Origin: an uncultured delta proteobacterium
Lineage (GTDB): Bacteria > Desulfobacterota > Binatia > UBA9968
Assembly: GCA_963816145.1 (NCBI GenBank)
Contig: CAWFJP010000005.1
Span: forward strand, 1-64,000
DNA length: 64,000 nucleotides
Direction of reading: 5' to 3'
The notes beneath the pieces are model-generated. The model was given only the letters and a program-made list of their open reading frames with translations, was not told the DNA's origin and made no database searches. The position numbers and the translations under genes were made by a program. This document shows positions 37,992 through 47,287 of this stretch, piece by piece (the first letter of the stretch is position 1; every line of letters starts with the position of its first letter).

Positions 37992-39014
37992 TCAGAAGCC
38001 TTTGGCTACCTCTTTCATGTAGAAACCCAGTTTCTTCATCGCCGGCCAATCGTCGATAGAGAAAAGTATCGTGTCGTCGCTACTGCTATTCTCATGATGG
38101 TGCCAGGTCCATGCGGGCACGGCGAAGATGTCGCCCTTGTGGTAATTCAGCCGTTCGCCGTCGATGACCACGACGCCGGAACCTTCGAAGGCGAAGTAGA
38201 AGGTCGTGCTGTTGTGGCGGTGCGCCAGGGTTTTCTGTTTCTTCGATAACAACTGCGCGTGCCATGCGATGGTCGGCAACGTCGGCCCGCCGTCTACCGG
38301 GCTCGCAAGCATGATCATGACGCCGTCGTAGGGATCGCTCTCGTTGTTCTCACGCAGCGCCGTCAAGGCCGCATGCGTGTCCGCCCAGGGGTAGCGCATC
38401 GGCGGCAGCGGAAACGGCGCGTCATTGGCAATAGGCCGCGCGAGTCCGAGAGTTCTCTGGCCGTAGCCCGCCGGCTTTGTCACGTCTTCGTACGGATTAT
38501 CGTTCGGAAAGCGCTCGTTGATGTTGACGTTGGGGTTGTAACCGTTGTCGTAGCCGTCGATCCAGACCGCCGGTGTTTTGTCCCTATTCCAGTGGTCGTG
38601 ATAGGTCCAGGCCGGACTGATCACCACGTCGCCGCGCTCCATCGGGTAGGCCTCATACTCGCAGACGAATACGGCGTCCTTGGGCGCTTCGCAGACGAGT
38701 CTCGTTTCGCTGCGCAGATTGCGGTGGCACTGGGTACGTTCGCCGGGCATGAGGATCTGGGCGTTCATCCAGATCGGGAAGTTCTTCGCTTCGATGCCGA
38801 CCACCGAGCGCATGCCGGTCATGCCATCCGGGCCGACCGTGACGATCTCACCGGAGCGCTGCAAGCCGCGGTAAATACCGTCCCACTTCCAGTGCGCCGC
38901 GGTTTTGCCAGTGCGTGGAGTTACGCGCTTGTCGCGCTTTAACCCGGCGCCGACTAGATAGTGATCACCGAGAAAACGTTCCAAGTCTTCGTGGGTTGAA
39001 CCTACATCGCTCAC
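37992..39014 (-). CDS. Bicupin, gentisate 1,2-dioxygenase-like
   Basis: HWKW, PGERTQCHRN, GDVVISPAWTYHDH, RYPW, HRHNST, GDIFAVPAWTWHHH; GTG start at 39014 after AAAGGAG. Confidence 0.85.
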   Translation of the reverse strand: MSDVGSTHEDLERFLGDHYLVGAGLKRDKRVTPRTGKTAAHWKWDGIYRGLQRSGEIVTVGPDGMTGMRSVVGIEAKNFPIWMNAQILMPGERTQCHRNLRSETRLVCEAPKDAVFVCEYEAYPMERGDVVISPAWTYHDHWNRDKTPAVWIDGYDNGYNPNVNINERFPNDNPYEDVTKPAGYGQRTLGLARPIANDAPFPLPPMRYPWADTHAALTALRENNESDPYDGVMIMLASPVDGGPTLPTIAWHAQLLSKKQKTLAHRHNSTTFYFAFEGSGVVVIDGERLNYHKGDIFAVPAWTWHHHENSSSDDTILFSIDDWPAMKKLGFYMKEVAKGF

Positions 39015-39034
39015 GGAATTAATCTCCTTTTTGA

Positions 39035-39104
39035 TTGGAACGGCTGGAACTTTTGGAACAGTTGGAACGGGTTCCAATCGTTCCAGCAGTTCCAGTCGTT
39101 CCAA
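39035..39104. repeat. Family E hairpin (arms in opposite order to the 35146 copy)
   Basis: TTGGAACGG CTGGAACTT TTGGAACAG TTGGAACGG GTTCCAATC GTTCCAGCA GTTCCAGTC GTTCCAA. Confidence 0.9.
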
Positions 39105-39118
39105 ACGTTATCGGATCC

Positions 39119-40273
39119 TCAATCGTTCAAGTGAAAGTACCGTACGCAATTATCGACCAACATGGCGCGCCGTTGGTTTTCCGGCACGCCGGCGAAGTCG
39201 GCTTCGACGTATTTTTGCGAGTTGGGATAGTCGCTGGCGGCGTGGGCGAAGTCGGTGCCCCACATGAGTTTGTCGTAGCCGACACTATCGCGCCGTTTGA
39301 TACCCACCGGATCGCGCAGAAAGCCCCAGTAGTTGCGGTCTTTCAGATATTCGCTCGGCATGCGGTCCAATTTTGGCAGTCCCCAGGCGTCATGGATCAT
39401 GCCCATATAGCGTTGGTAATGATCGTCAACTTGCCACATGCCATACTCTAGCCAGCCGACCATGGTCTCGGCCCAATAGAATTCGAGTTTAGGAAAACGA
39501 TCCCAGACGCCGGCGAAGGCCATTTGCAACGGCGCGGTCATGGCGTCGTTGCTGAAGCGGGTAAAAAACTTGAACGCGTCTTTCTGATGGACATCGTGGC
39601 CGGGGTCTTTGGCGTAGAGATAATCGGGTTCACCTTTGCCCGAACCCATGTTGCCGTTGTTATGATTGGTCAGCGCCATGCGCATATCGATTGCTGCGGA
39701 CCAAAATTTGTCGTCTTCGGCGGTGGGATAACTCTTGCCGCTCGGATAGCGGTCGAGCTTGACGCCTTTCATGCCGAGCTTGGCACAGTGCGCCATTTCC
39801 TTGATTGCGTCGTCGACACCGGTGGTTGGCATGGTGCCCATGCAAACCAAACGGTCGGGTGCCGGCGCCATATATTCTTGGCCGAGAAACTCGTTGTAGG
39901 CGCGGATGCAGTCGCGATAAAAATCGTCGTCCTTGGTTTGCCGCAGGACGAAAGTAATCTGCGAGAAAAGAATCTCGCAGTCGATGCCATCCTGAACCTG
40001 TTCCTCCAACCGTTGCTGCGGCGAGCCGGTGCCGGCGCAGGTTTCAAATGTCGGCACTTGCTTGGCGAGATCCGTGTGGGCGACGCGCACGCTGCGGGTA
40101 ATGCCGATGGTGTTCGGCTTGCCGCCGTCGATGACTACGGCGTCGGAGCCGTTGGGCATTTTGACGCGCTTGGGCGCTCGCTCGCGATACTTCGCCTGAA
40201 CGCGGTCGCGCCAGATGTCGGGATTCAGATCGATATGGCCGTCGCCGGAAATGCATGTGTACTTCCTAGCCAT
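39119..40273 (-). CDS. Amidohydrolase family protein (Amidohydro_2)
   Basis: ISGDGH, QDGID, RAYNEF, WAETMVGW, MWGTDFAH. Confidence 0.92.
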   Translation of the reverse strand: MARKYTCISGDGHIDLNPDIWRDRVQAKYRERAPKRVKMPNGSDAVVIDGGKPNTIGITRSVRVAHTDLAKQVPTFETCAGTGSPQQRLEEQVQDGIDCEILFSQITFVLRQTKDDDFYRDCIRAYNEFLGQEYMAPAPDRLVCMGTMPTTGVDDAIKEMAHCAKLGMKGVKLDRYPSGKSYPTAEDDKFWSAAIDMRMALTNHNNGNMGSGKGEPDYLYAKDPGHDVHQKDAFKFFTRFSNDAMTAPLQMAFAGVWDRFPKLEFYWAETMVGWLEYGMWQVDDHYQRYMGMIHDAWGLPKLDRMPSEYLKDRNYWGFLRDPVGIKRRDSVGYDKLMWGTDFAHAASDYPNSQKYVEADFAGVPENQRRAMLVDNCVRYFHLND

Positions 40274-40374
40274 GGAAAGCAATCCTTTCTTACTGCTGGA
40301 TATGCTTTATAAACTAGATTGAAGTATCACTGTCAACCGGCCGGCGTTTCGGCGACTGCAATTGCCGCTGTGGC

Positions 40375-41088
40375 TTACTTCTGGTCGGTCGCCGATTTTG
40401 GCCACCGCGCGCGGCTTTGTTTGAGACCGAGGCCGGCCAGCAATGCCGCCATCCGGATCGGCGCACCGAAGCCCTCGACCACCGGCACGCCGAGTTGCTC
40501 TTGCAACCATTTTGGTTGGATATGAACCGGGCACTGGCTGATGCCCATGGGGATGATGACTTCGGCGCCGAGTCCGATCAACCGCTTTGCTTCGTTGACA
40601 AAATTTTGCACCACTTGATCGCGGTGGGCAGCCAAGTCCGGTAGGTCGAAACCGCTCGTGCCAAAACCGACAATGCGCTGTTCCATGCCGTAACGGCGTA
40701 CGATGGCGCGGTTAAAGGCGAGCAGTTTTTCGTGATAGATAATCAAGCCGAAGCGGTCGCCAAGCAGTGCGGCGACGTGGAGGCAGGCCTCCATCGGAGC
40801 GATAACCGGAATATCCACGGCCGATCTACCGCCATCAACGGCTAAATCGAGCATGCCGAGCGGCACCGCGGCATCATAGCCTTCCTTCTCGGCGCGCCTG
40901 TAGGCATCGATGAACGCCGGCGCCACGAGGGCGATTTCCGTCGGCGTTATGCCGTAGAAGTATGGCGAAGCATCGACGTTGATAATCCCGACCTGAACTT
41001 CCGCGTTGGAATAAGACAAAGCGAGATCGGCGCGCCGCTTGAATTCTTCCGGCGGATAGCCGCCGATACAAAACGCGATTCGGACCAT
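40375..41088 (-). CDS. Hydantoin/Asp-Glu racemase superfamily protein
   Basis: RAEKEGYDA, RSAVDIPVIAPMEAC, GAEVII, LQEQLGVPVVEG, GLKQSR. Confidence 0.85.
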   Translation of the reverse strand: MVRIAFCIGGYPPEEFKRRADLALSYSNAEVQVGIINVDASPYFYGITPTEIALVAPAFIDAYRRAEKEGYDAAVPLGMLDLAVDGGRSAVDIPVIAPMEACLHVAALLGDRFGLIIYHEKLLAFNRAIVRRYGMEQRIVGFGTSGFDLPDLAAHRDQVVQNFVNEAKRLIGLGAEVIIPMGISQCPVHIQPKWLQEQLGVPVVEGFGAPIRMAALLAGLGLKQSRARWPKSATDQK

Positions 41089-41146
41089 AATATCTCCGTT
41101 CAAGGTTCAAAGTTTAGCGTTGAAAATCGGTTTTTCTCGGTTTCTT

Positions 41147-41173
41147 TTGCGTCCCTTGCGTTTTTTGCGGCTA
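41147..41173. repeat. Possible half family A arm, CGCAA variant
   Basis: TTGCGTCCC TTGCGTTTT TTGCGGCTA, three 9-mers, followed by TTCCGA. Confidence 0.55.
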
Positions 41174-41198
41174 CTTCTTCCGATTTGGAATCTTTGTC

Positions 41199-41241
41199 TT
41201 CGAACGATTTGAGCGGCTTGAACGATTGGAACAGCTTGAAC
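41199..41241. repeat. Family E-like single arm (TTGAAC/TGGAAC 9-mers)
   Basis: TTCGAACGA TTTGAGCGG CTTGAACGA TTGGAACAG CTTGAAC. Confidence 0.7.
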
Positions 41242-41254
41242 ATGTTCGTTCTGA

Positions 41255-42406
41255 TTATTTAGGCTGCCATAATGCCGTGGTCTCGTGCAGCTTATTCATA
41301 TCGATATCGACGCCGAGCCCAGGGCGATCGGAGACGCGCAGGGTTCCTTGCTCGACGGTTAACCCCGACGCGGGATCATCGTTCAGGCTTTCGAACTCGC
41401 CGATCTCAGCGCCGGCGAACAAATCCGGGATCGACGCGCAAAAGTGCAGTTGCATCGCTTCCATCAGTTGACTGCCGGCGGTGCTGCCGACGTGAACACT
41501 GACGTTAGCGGCGCTGCAAACCGAGGCGATCTCGCGGGATTTGTAGTAGCCGCCCATTTTCCAAATCTTGATGCTGACCGCGTCCATGGCGTCGGCGTCG
41601 ATCAATCGCAATGCGTCGGACGACGTGGTCACGCCTTCGTCGGCCATGATCGGAATACTCACGTTCTTGCGCACAAACGCCATGCCGCGCACGTCGTCTT
41701 GTCTGACGGGTTGCTCGACCACGACAAGATTGCAGGCTTCGAGTTGGTTCAAGACTTTTACCGCGTGCATCGGCGTGTAGGCTTGATTGGCGTCGACGGA
41801 AATGAACACGCCTTCACCGAGCGCGTCGCGGGTTCGCTTGACCGTTTCGATATCGCGCTTGTCATCGAGGCCAATTTTAATTTTTACATAACGATAGCCG
41901 CGCTCAACCAGCGCGAGCGCTTCATCGGCGGTTTCCTTGGGCGGCTTGAGACCGAGCATGCGCATCACCGGCACTTCGCGGCGGCAGAGGCCGCCAAATA
42001 AATTAAACAGCGGCGTCTTCATGCGCTTGGCTTGGAGATCGAGCAGGGCCTCTTCGACGGCGAATTTAAGCTGAACGTTACCACCGATGGCGAGATCGAT
42101 ATCGCGCATGATTGGCTGTACCCCGTCGAATGGGCCTTGGCTGAGCAACGGTACAATGGTGTTGTGGAGCAACGCCTCGGCCGTCGCCGTCGACTCCCCA
42201 ACGATCAGCATCGCCGGCATGTAGCCGTAGCCGGTAATGCCGTTGTCGTCCGTGAGGCCAACGACGGTGGCTTCAATGTCGCCTTTCGTGTAGCGCGCGG
42301 TCTTCCAAACCGTTGGCCGGCGCAAGGTCGCGCGCCAACTTTGGACGTTGGCGATCTTTAGCGGCGCTGAATTCTGCCCGCTATTGTTCGGGGTTGTCGA
42401 TGCCAT
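41255..42406 (-). CDS. Enolase-superfamily enzyme (muconate lactonizing / dipeptide epimerase subgroup)
   Basis: KxK motif YVKIKIG, VDANQAY, VEQP, MADEG, IKIWKMGG, PGLGV. Confidence 0.92.
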   Translation of the reverse strand: MASTTPNNSGQNSAPLKIANVQSWRATLRRPTVWKTARYTKGDIEATVVGLTDDNGITGYGYMPAMLIVGESTATAEALLHNTIVPLLSQGPFDGVQPIMRDIDLAIGGNVQLKFAVEEALLDLQAKRMKTPLFNLFGGLCRREVPVMRMLGLKPPKETADEALALVERGYRYVKIKIGLDDKRDIETVKRTRDALGEGVFISVDANQAYTPMHAVKVLNQLEACNLVVVEQPVRQDDVRGMAFVRKNVSIPIMADEGVTTSSDALRLIDADAMDAVSIKIWKMGGYYKSREIASVCSAANVSVHVGSTAGSQLMEAMQLHFCASIPDLFAGAEIGEFESLNDDPASGLTVEQGTLRVSDRPGLGVDIDMNKLHETTALWQPK

Positions 42407-42434
42407 TTGTTATCTCCTTAGTAGATATCCGCGA

Positions 42435-43424
42435 CTAGCGTTTGAACACAGTCTTGAGGAACCCTTCTTTTTCAAGCTTGCGCGCGATGGTCAAATCGAA
42501 AACTTGGCCGATGGTTGCTTTCTTGGCCAGCGGTTCACGCTCGCCGATCTCATCCATCAAGTCTTGGAAACTCTTGGGGTCGGGCTCGATGTTTTCGGCG
42601 TAAAAATCATTGGCGATGAAATCGTAGGCTTTATTGAGCACGTCGGTTTCGTTGGACTTCATGTAGCGCGCCAGCGCATTGATGCCTTCGTCGCGGTTAC
42701 GCTTGAAACGGGCGATGCCTTCGATGAAGGCTTTGAGGAAAGCTTCGGCGGTGGCGGGATTTTCGCGCAGGAATTTACCCGACACCATCGGGCCGAGATA
42801 GGGATAATTCAGATTGAGTTGCATCAGCACCGGAAAGCCGAGCTTGGCCAACCGAAGCCCGGACATGAAATCCATCGCCGCCGCTTGCACTCCGCCGGAT
42901 TGCAATGCGGCCAAACGCTGCGGCGAGCCACCAATTTGCATCATGGTCACGTCTTTTTCCGGGTTGATCCCAAGTTTGCGCAGCGCGAGCTGCGAACCGT
43001 AAGCGCTCACGTCGCCGATCCGGTTAATGCCGATCCGCCCGCCGATGAGATCCTTGGCGTTTTTGACGCCCTTGGCGGCGATCAAACTATAGGGAAAAAT
43101 CTTCGAGGTGACGCCCAGCATTCGCACATCTCCGCCGCGGAGAATTGCCGTCACGGTTTCGGCAATGCCGTTTTGCGCCGCTTGAACCTGGCCGGCAATC
43201 ATCGCTTGCAGCAACACGCTGCCGCCTTGAATAAAAACCAACTTGCCGTCCAGGCCGTACTTTTCATAGAGCCCGACGTCGCGGGCAAACCACAGCGGCG
43301 TGAACTGGCTGCTAGTGGTCGGATAGGCGATGATGATGCTTTCCAGCGCGCAGGCCGGAGCAAACGAGTGCAGGCACGCCATGAGACCAAAAATAGCCGG
43401 AAGGAAACGCTTGCCGACCTTCAT
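42435..43424 (-). CDS. ABC solute-binding protein, SsuA/NMT1-like
   Basis: Signal peptide, PLWFARDVGLYEKYGLD, QRLAALQSGGVQA, RKLEKEGF. Confidence 0.9.
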   Translation of the reverse strand: MKVGKRFLPAIFGLMACLHSFAPACALESIIIAYPTTSSQFTPLWFARDVGLYEKYGLDGKLVFIQGGSVLLQAMIAGQVQAAQNGIAETVTAILRGGDVRMLGVTSKIFPYSLIAAKGVKNAKDLIGGRIGINRIGDVSAYGSQLALRKLGINPEKDVTMMQIGGSPQRLAALQSGGVQAAAMDFMSGLRLAKLGFPVLMQLNLNYPYLGPMVSGKFLRENPATAEAFLKAFIEGIARFKRNRDEGINALARYMKSNETDVLNKAYDFIANDFYAENIEPDPKSFQDLMDEIGEREPLAKKATIGQVFDLTIARKLEKEGFLKTVFKR

Positions 43425-43434
43425 GAGTGCAACT

Positions 43435-44253
43435 CTACTTTTCTTTTTTGAACGCGCCGAATCCCGGTCGATACTCCCCTTCGATAAACTGCTTGATGCC
43501 CTGATCTTTCCACGCGCCGCCCTGCAGAAAAGAAAGCTGGTCGCTTTTTGCCGAGCTGTAACTCAAGGCGGTCTCGTAGTCGGGTATAATCAGGCTGTCG
43601 CGGTACGCGTCCTTACAAGCGCGGAGCGCGAGCGGGTCCTTTTCAGCGAGCTTATTGGCGAGCTTGTTTGCTTCCTCCATCAACGACGATCTTGGCACTG
43701 AAAACGTCACAAAACCAATTTCCGCCGCCCGTTTGCCGTTGAAGGTATCGCCGGTGAGGATGTAATAGATCGCGTCGCGGACGCGCATGATCTGCGATAT
43801 CTGCTTGGTCACCGGGCCGCCCGGGAAATGGCCGAAGTTCACTTCCGAGAGTCCAAAGGTGGCTTCGTCTGCAGCGATGGCAATGTCGCAACCGGATACG
43901 ATCGAAAATGCGCCGCCGAAGCAGAATCCATTGATCGCTGCGATGGTCGGAACTGGAAATGCGCGCAGGATGCGCACGCGCCACTCCAAGGCTTTTTCCA
44001 ACAGCCGCTCGAACTCCATGCGGTCACGCTGTTCGTAAAAAAATTCTTTGAGATCCTCACCTGCGGAAAAGCTCTCGCCGGCGCCGGTCAGGATAAGCAC
44101 CCGCAAGTCCTTATCGAATCTTAACTCGCTCAAGACTTCGACCATCTCATGATGCAGCTTTGGGTTCATCGCATTGCGCTTATTGGGCCGGTTGAAAGTG
44201 ATCGTTGCGATGTTGTCCTGGCGGTCGACTAAAATAGTTTCATAATTCGTCAT
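43435..44253 (-). CDS. Crotonase, hydroxycinnamoyl-CoA hydratase/lyase-like
   Basis: NRPNKRNAMNP, AGEDLKE, NGFCFGG, GLSEVNFG, YYILTGDTF, QGIKQF..YRPGFGAF. Confidence 0.85.
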   Translation of the reverse strand: MTNYETILVDRQDNIATITFNRPNKRNAMNPKLHHEMVEVLSELRFDKDLRVLILTGAGESFSAGEDLKEFFYEQRDRMEFERLLEKALEWRVRILRAFPVPTIAAINGFCFGGAFSIVSGCDIAIAADEATFGLSEVNFGHFPGGPVTKQISQIMRVRDAIYYILTGDTFNGKRAAEIGFVTFSVPRSSLMEEANKLANKLAEKDPLALRACKDAYRDSLIIPDYETALSYSSAKSDQLSFLQGGAWKDQGIKQFIEGEYRPGFGAFKKEK

Positions 44254-44275
44254 ATCGATTCCTTCGCGCGTACAG

Positions 44276-44302
44276 AGGGCGGACACGCAGGTCCGCTCCT
44301 AC
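44276..44302 (-). repeat. GTAG-type REP (family B)
   Basis: Reverse complement GTAGGAGCGGACCTGCGTGTCCGCCCT. Confidence 0.8.
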
Positions 44303-44328
44303 GAATTCCGCTTTTCTTAAAAGTCTTA

Positions 44329-44358
44329 CCTTCGTGTCCTTCGTGCCTTCGTGGTGAG
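44329..44358. repeat. Half family A hairpin (right arm only)
   Basis: CCTTCGTGTCCTTCGTGCCTTCGTGGTGAG. Confidence 0.85.
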
Positions 44359-44380
44359 AGATGACTTGCATCTTGAACGG

Positions 44381-45085
44381 CTAATTCCGCGACTTCACCC
44401 AGCGCGCGCGGCTCTGTGAAAGTCCCAACCCGGCCAGCATCGCCGCCATGCGAATCGGCGTGCCGAAGCCTTCAACCACCGGTACGCCGAGCTGCTCTTG
44501 CAGCCAAGCCGGTTTGATATGCACCGGACACTGGCTGATGCCCATAGGATAAATCACTTCGGCGCCGTCGGCGACCAGCCGTTTGGCTTCACTAACGAAA
44601 TTATTGACGACCTCATCGTGATGCGCCGCCAAATCCGGCAAGTCGAAACCGCTCACGCCGAAGCCGACAATCCGGTCTTCCATCCCATAGCGGCGAATAA
44701 TCGCACGGGAAAAACTCACCAAACTCTGGTGATAGACCATTACGCCAAATCGGTCGCCGATCAACGACGCGACATGCAAGCAAGCTTCGGTCGGCCCGAC
44801 CACTGGAATGTCCACCGCCGATTTGCCGCCATCGACTCCCAAGTCGAGCGTGCCCAAAGGCACGACGGCGTCGTAACCTTCTTTCTCGGCGCGCTTGAAG
44901 CTATCGATGAACGCTGGCGCGACCAGCTGTATCTCGGTTGGTGTCATGCCATAAAAATAGGGGCTGGCAGCTACTTCCACGATGCCCACCTGAATTTCCG
45001 CCGTTGAATAGGAGAGCGCCACATCGGCGCGCCGTTTGTGTTCTTCGGGCGGATATCCGCCGATGACGAATGCGACTCGAATCAT
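44381..45085 (-). CDS. Hydantoin/Asp-Glu racemase superfamily protein (paralog of 40375-41088)
   Basis: Shares GGYPPEE, RAEKEGYDA, SAVDIPV, SGFDLPDLAAH, PMGISQCPVHI, WLQEQLGVPVVEGFG. Confidence 0.87.
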   Translation of the reverse strand: MIRVAFVIGGYPPEEHKRRADVALSYSTAEIQVGIVEVAASPYFYGMTPTEIQLVAPAFIDSFKRAEKEGYDAVVPLGTLDLGVDGGKSAVDIPVVGPTEACLHVASLIGDRFGVMVYHQSLVSFSRAIIRRYGMEDRIVGFGVSGFDLPDLAAHHDEVVNNFVSEAKRLVADGAEVIYPMGISQCPVHIKPAWLQEQLGVPVVEGFGTPIRMAAMLAGLGLSQSRARWVKSRN

Positions 45086-45125
45086 GATCGCTCCTTGTCG
45101 GAAAAGTTCCCTTCGGCGCGCCGCG

Positions 45126-46088
45126 TCATAGGGCTAAGAGCGTCCGCGCATTGGCAGAGAAGATTTGTTTTTGCTCGGTTTCGCTCAATCCCGATTCCTC
45201 GACGACGCCGACGGCGTGCTCGACGTATTGCTTGCCCTCTTGGCCAAGACCGAAAGGGTAGTCGGTGCCGAACACTATTTGCTCGGAACCGAACATTTTC
45301 GCCACCGCGGCCAGGATCGCTTCGTGGGTGGGGCCGGATGTGTCGTAGAAAAGTTTGCTGAAATAGTGACTGGGCCGGTGTTGGCTTGTGCCTTCGCGAA
45401 AGGCGCGCTCGATGCGCGGCGCGAGGAACGGGAGAGTGCCGCCGACATGGGCAGCGATGATTTTGATATTTGGGTAGCGATCGAAAAAGCCGGACAGCGC
45501 CAGGCGCGCAAGGGTAAATGTCGTGTCGACAGGAAGGCCGATCAAATGCTCGAGCCGGTAACCGTACCACTCTTTGGGGAAAGGTCGCTGCAGTGGATGC
45601 AAGAAAATCACTACGCCCGCGGCATTGGCGTGCTCAAAGAAAGAAGCGAAGGCGGGATCATCCAAGGTTCGTTCGTGCAGGTTAGTGCTGAGGCTGATTC
45701 CGGAGAATCCCGGCATGGCTTTCGCGCGATCGAGTTCCGCGCATGCGCGCTCGAAGTCGGGAAGGGGAGGGGCGGCGAAAAAGCGAAACCGCTCCAGCCT
45801 GCGCGCGCAAATCTCGCCGAATTCATCGTTAGCGCGGCGGCAAAGCTCGACGCCCAACGCGCGATTTTCCGGGTCGTAATATTCGTAAACATGGGGCAGC
45901 GACAGTACTTGCATGCTGATCTGCCAGCGGTCCATTTCAGCCAGAAAGCGGCTTTCATCCCATTCCCAATTGCTTCTAATATCGAGCGGCCGCGGCGGGT
46001 GGCTCCTGAGCGTTCTCATGAACTCAGGAGGAAACGCATGAGCGTGGACATCGATCCGCATTTGGGAATTTGTCAGTGACTCAATCAT
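45126..46088 (-). CDS. Amidohydrolase, ACMSD/aromatic decarboxylase-like
   Basis: IDVHAH, IFLHP, AHVGGTLPF, FYDT, FGTDYPF. Confidence 0.9.
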   Translation of the reverse strand: MIESLTNSQMRIDVHAHAFPPEFMRTLRSHPPRPLDIRSNWEWDESRFLAEMDRWQISMQVLSLPHVYEYYDPENRALGVELCRRANDEFGEICARRLERFRFFAAPPLPDFERACAELDRAKAMPGFSGISLSTNLHERTLDDPAFASFFEHANAAGVVIFLHPLQRPFPKEWYGYRLEHLIGLPVDTTFTLARLALSGFFDRYPNIKIIAAHVGGTLPFLAPRIERAFREGTSQHRPSHYFSKLFYDTSGPTHEAILAAVAKMFGSEQIVFGTDYPFGLGQEGKQYVEHAVGVVEESGLSETEQKQIFSANARTLLAL

Positions 46089-46092
46089 AAGT

Positions 46093-47098
46093 TTAGACCG
46101 CGCTATTTGAAAAAGCCCTTCGCCGACAGTTCCTGGACGAAGCTGGCGTCGAAAACATCCTCGATCCGCAGCGCGCCGACTTTGGGATTTCTCGGCGCCA
46201 ATATATCAAAAACCAACTTAAATCCTTTTTCCGTCGCCAGGGGGACTTTCTCGAAGACATGGTCCTTGCGTACTGCCACTGGCGCTCCAGCAGTTCACGA
46301 TTGGAGGTTCTAAGATTGCGCGCCGTTATGGCCAACGATTCTTCCTTATTCTGTTGAAAGAAACGAACACCCTCATGTAGCCTCTAATCAGCCCCAGCAC
46401 CGCATCACGATTGGCCGCGGCGAATCGTCGCGTGGTAAAGATCGCGGTAAAGGGAAATTCCACACCAAGATCGGTCAGATCCAAAACCTTGTGGAGCCCG
46501 GCGCCGCCGCCGATAAAAGTCGCACCGCCGACGGTGGCGGCATCGACGGAGCCGACGCGCAGCGCGGCAAGCCGTTCCGCCGATCCGCCGGTCACCAACA
46601 TCGTCACGCTCCCTGGGTCAACGCCCAGTTGGCGCAAGGCGATACGCGTGGCGACTTCATCGGAACCGCCAACGGCACCGATGCCAATTTTCTTGCCGGC
46701 TAGATCGCTCGCGCTTTTGACCGGTTGGCGCGCCACGAAGGTGTAGTCCAATCGATTCATCGGCACCGCCACGATGACTGCGTCTTCGCCCGCCGCCCTT
46801 GCCGCGATCGGGCCCGGCGGAACCGGCGATGCCCGCCTGAACCTCGCCCGCGATCAGGGCCTGAACGCCTCTGATGTTTCCTTGGATGTAGGTTATCTCC
46901 GACGTCAATACGTTCGTCGCGAAAAAAGCCTTTTTCGCGCGCGATCCAGAGCGGCGCGAAATCGATAACGATGCTCGGGATGGCGATGCGCATCTTTTTA
47001 AGCGCCTCGGCGGCATCCGCCTGCGCCCACGAGCATAGTAACAAACAGATAATGTTCGTTGCCGCTGAAGTTACTCTATTGCATTGACGTTTCTTCAT
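46093..47098 (-). pseudogene. SsuA/NMT1-like solute-binding protein with 3-4 frameshifts
   Basis: FAPLWIAREKGFF, YIQGNIRGVQALIAGEVQ, LAGKKIGIG, ERLAALRVG segments in successive frames. Confidence 0.8.
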
Positions 47099-47287
47099 CT
47101 GGCTCCACCTTCCCAGGGAATATACTTTGTAGACATCTTTAAACCTTGAATTGTGTGTTTGACAAGTGCTCTAATCAGCTGCCGCGTTCCGGTACGTAAT
47201 ATAGCTGATGTCGCCAACATGCTATGACCGCTGAAGAGCGCAAATATTAAAAACAAGGTTGCAGATTTTTAACTAATCCGATTGATC

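Noticed and set aside
35146-39104. 9-mer arrays as a possible CRISPR array
   Set aside because: Units are 9 nt with no unique 25-40 nt spacers, they are arranged as inverted arms, and no cas genes are present.
39015-39104. N-terminal extension MERLELLERLE of the cupin (likewise 8566-8715 of the VOC gene and 44254-44286 of the crotonase)
   Set aside because: Derived from intergenic repeats; better starts lie downstream (clear RBS for the cupin and VOC genes), so these were not counted as in-frame insertions.
42348-43451. 367-aa + strand ORF, and similar long antisense ORFs at 14486, 45165 and 54542
   Set aside because: Antisense mirrors of real genes, with no recognisable domains.
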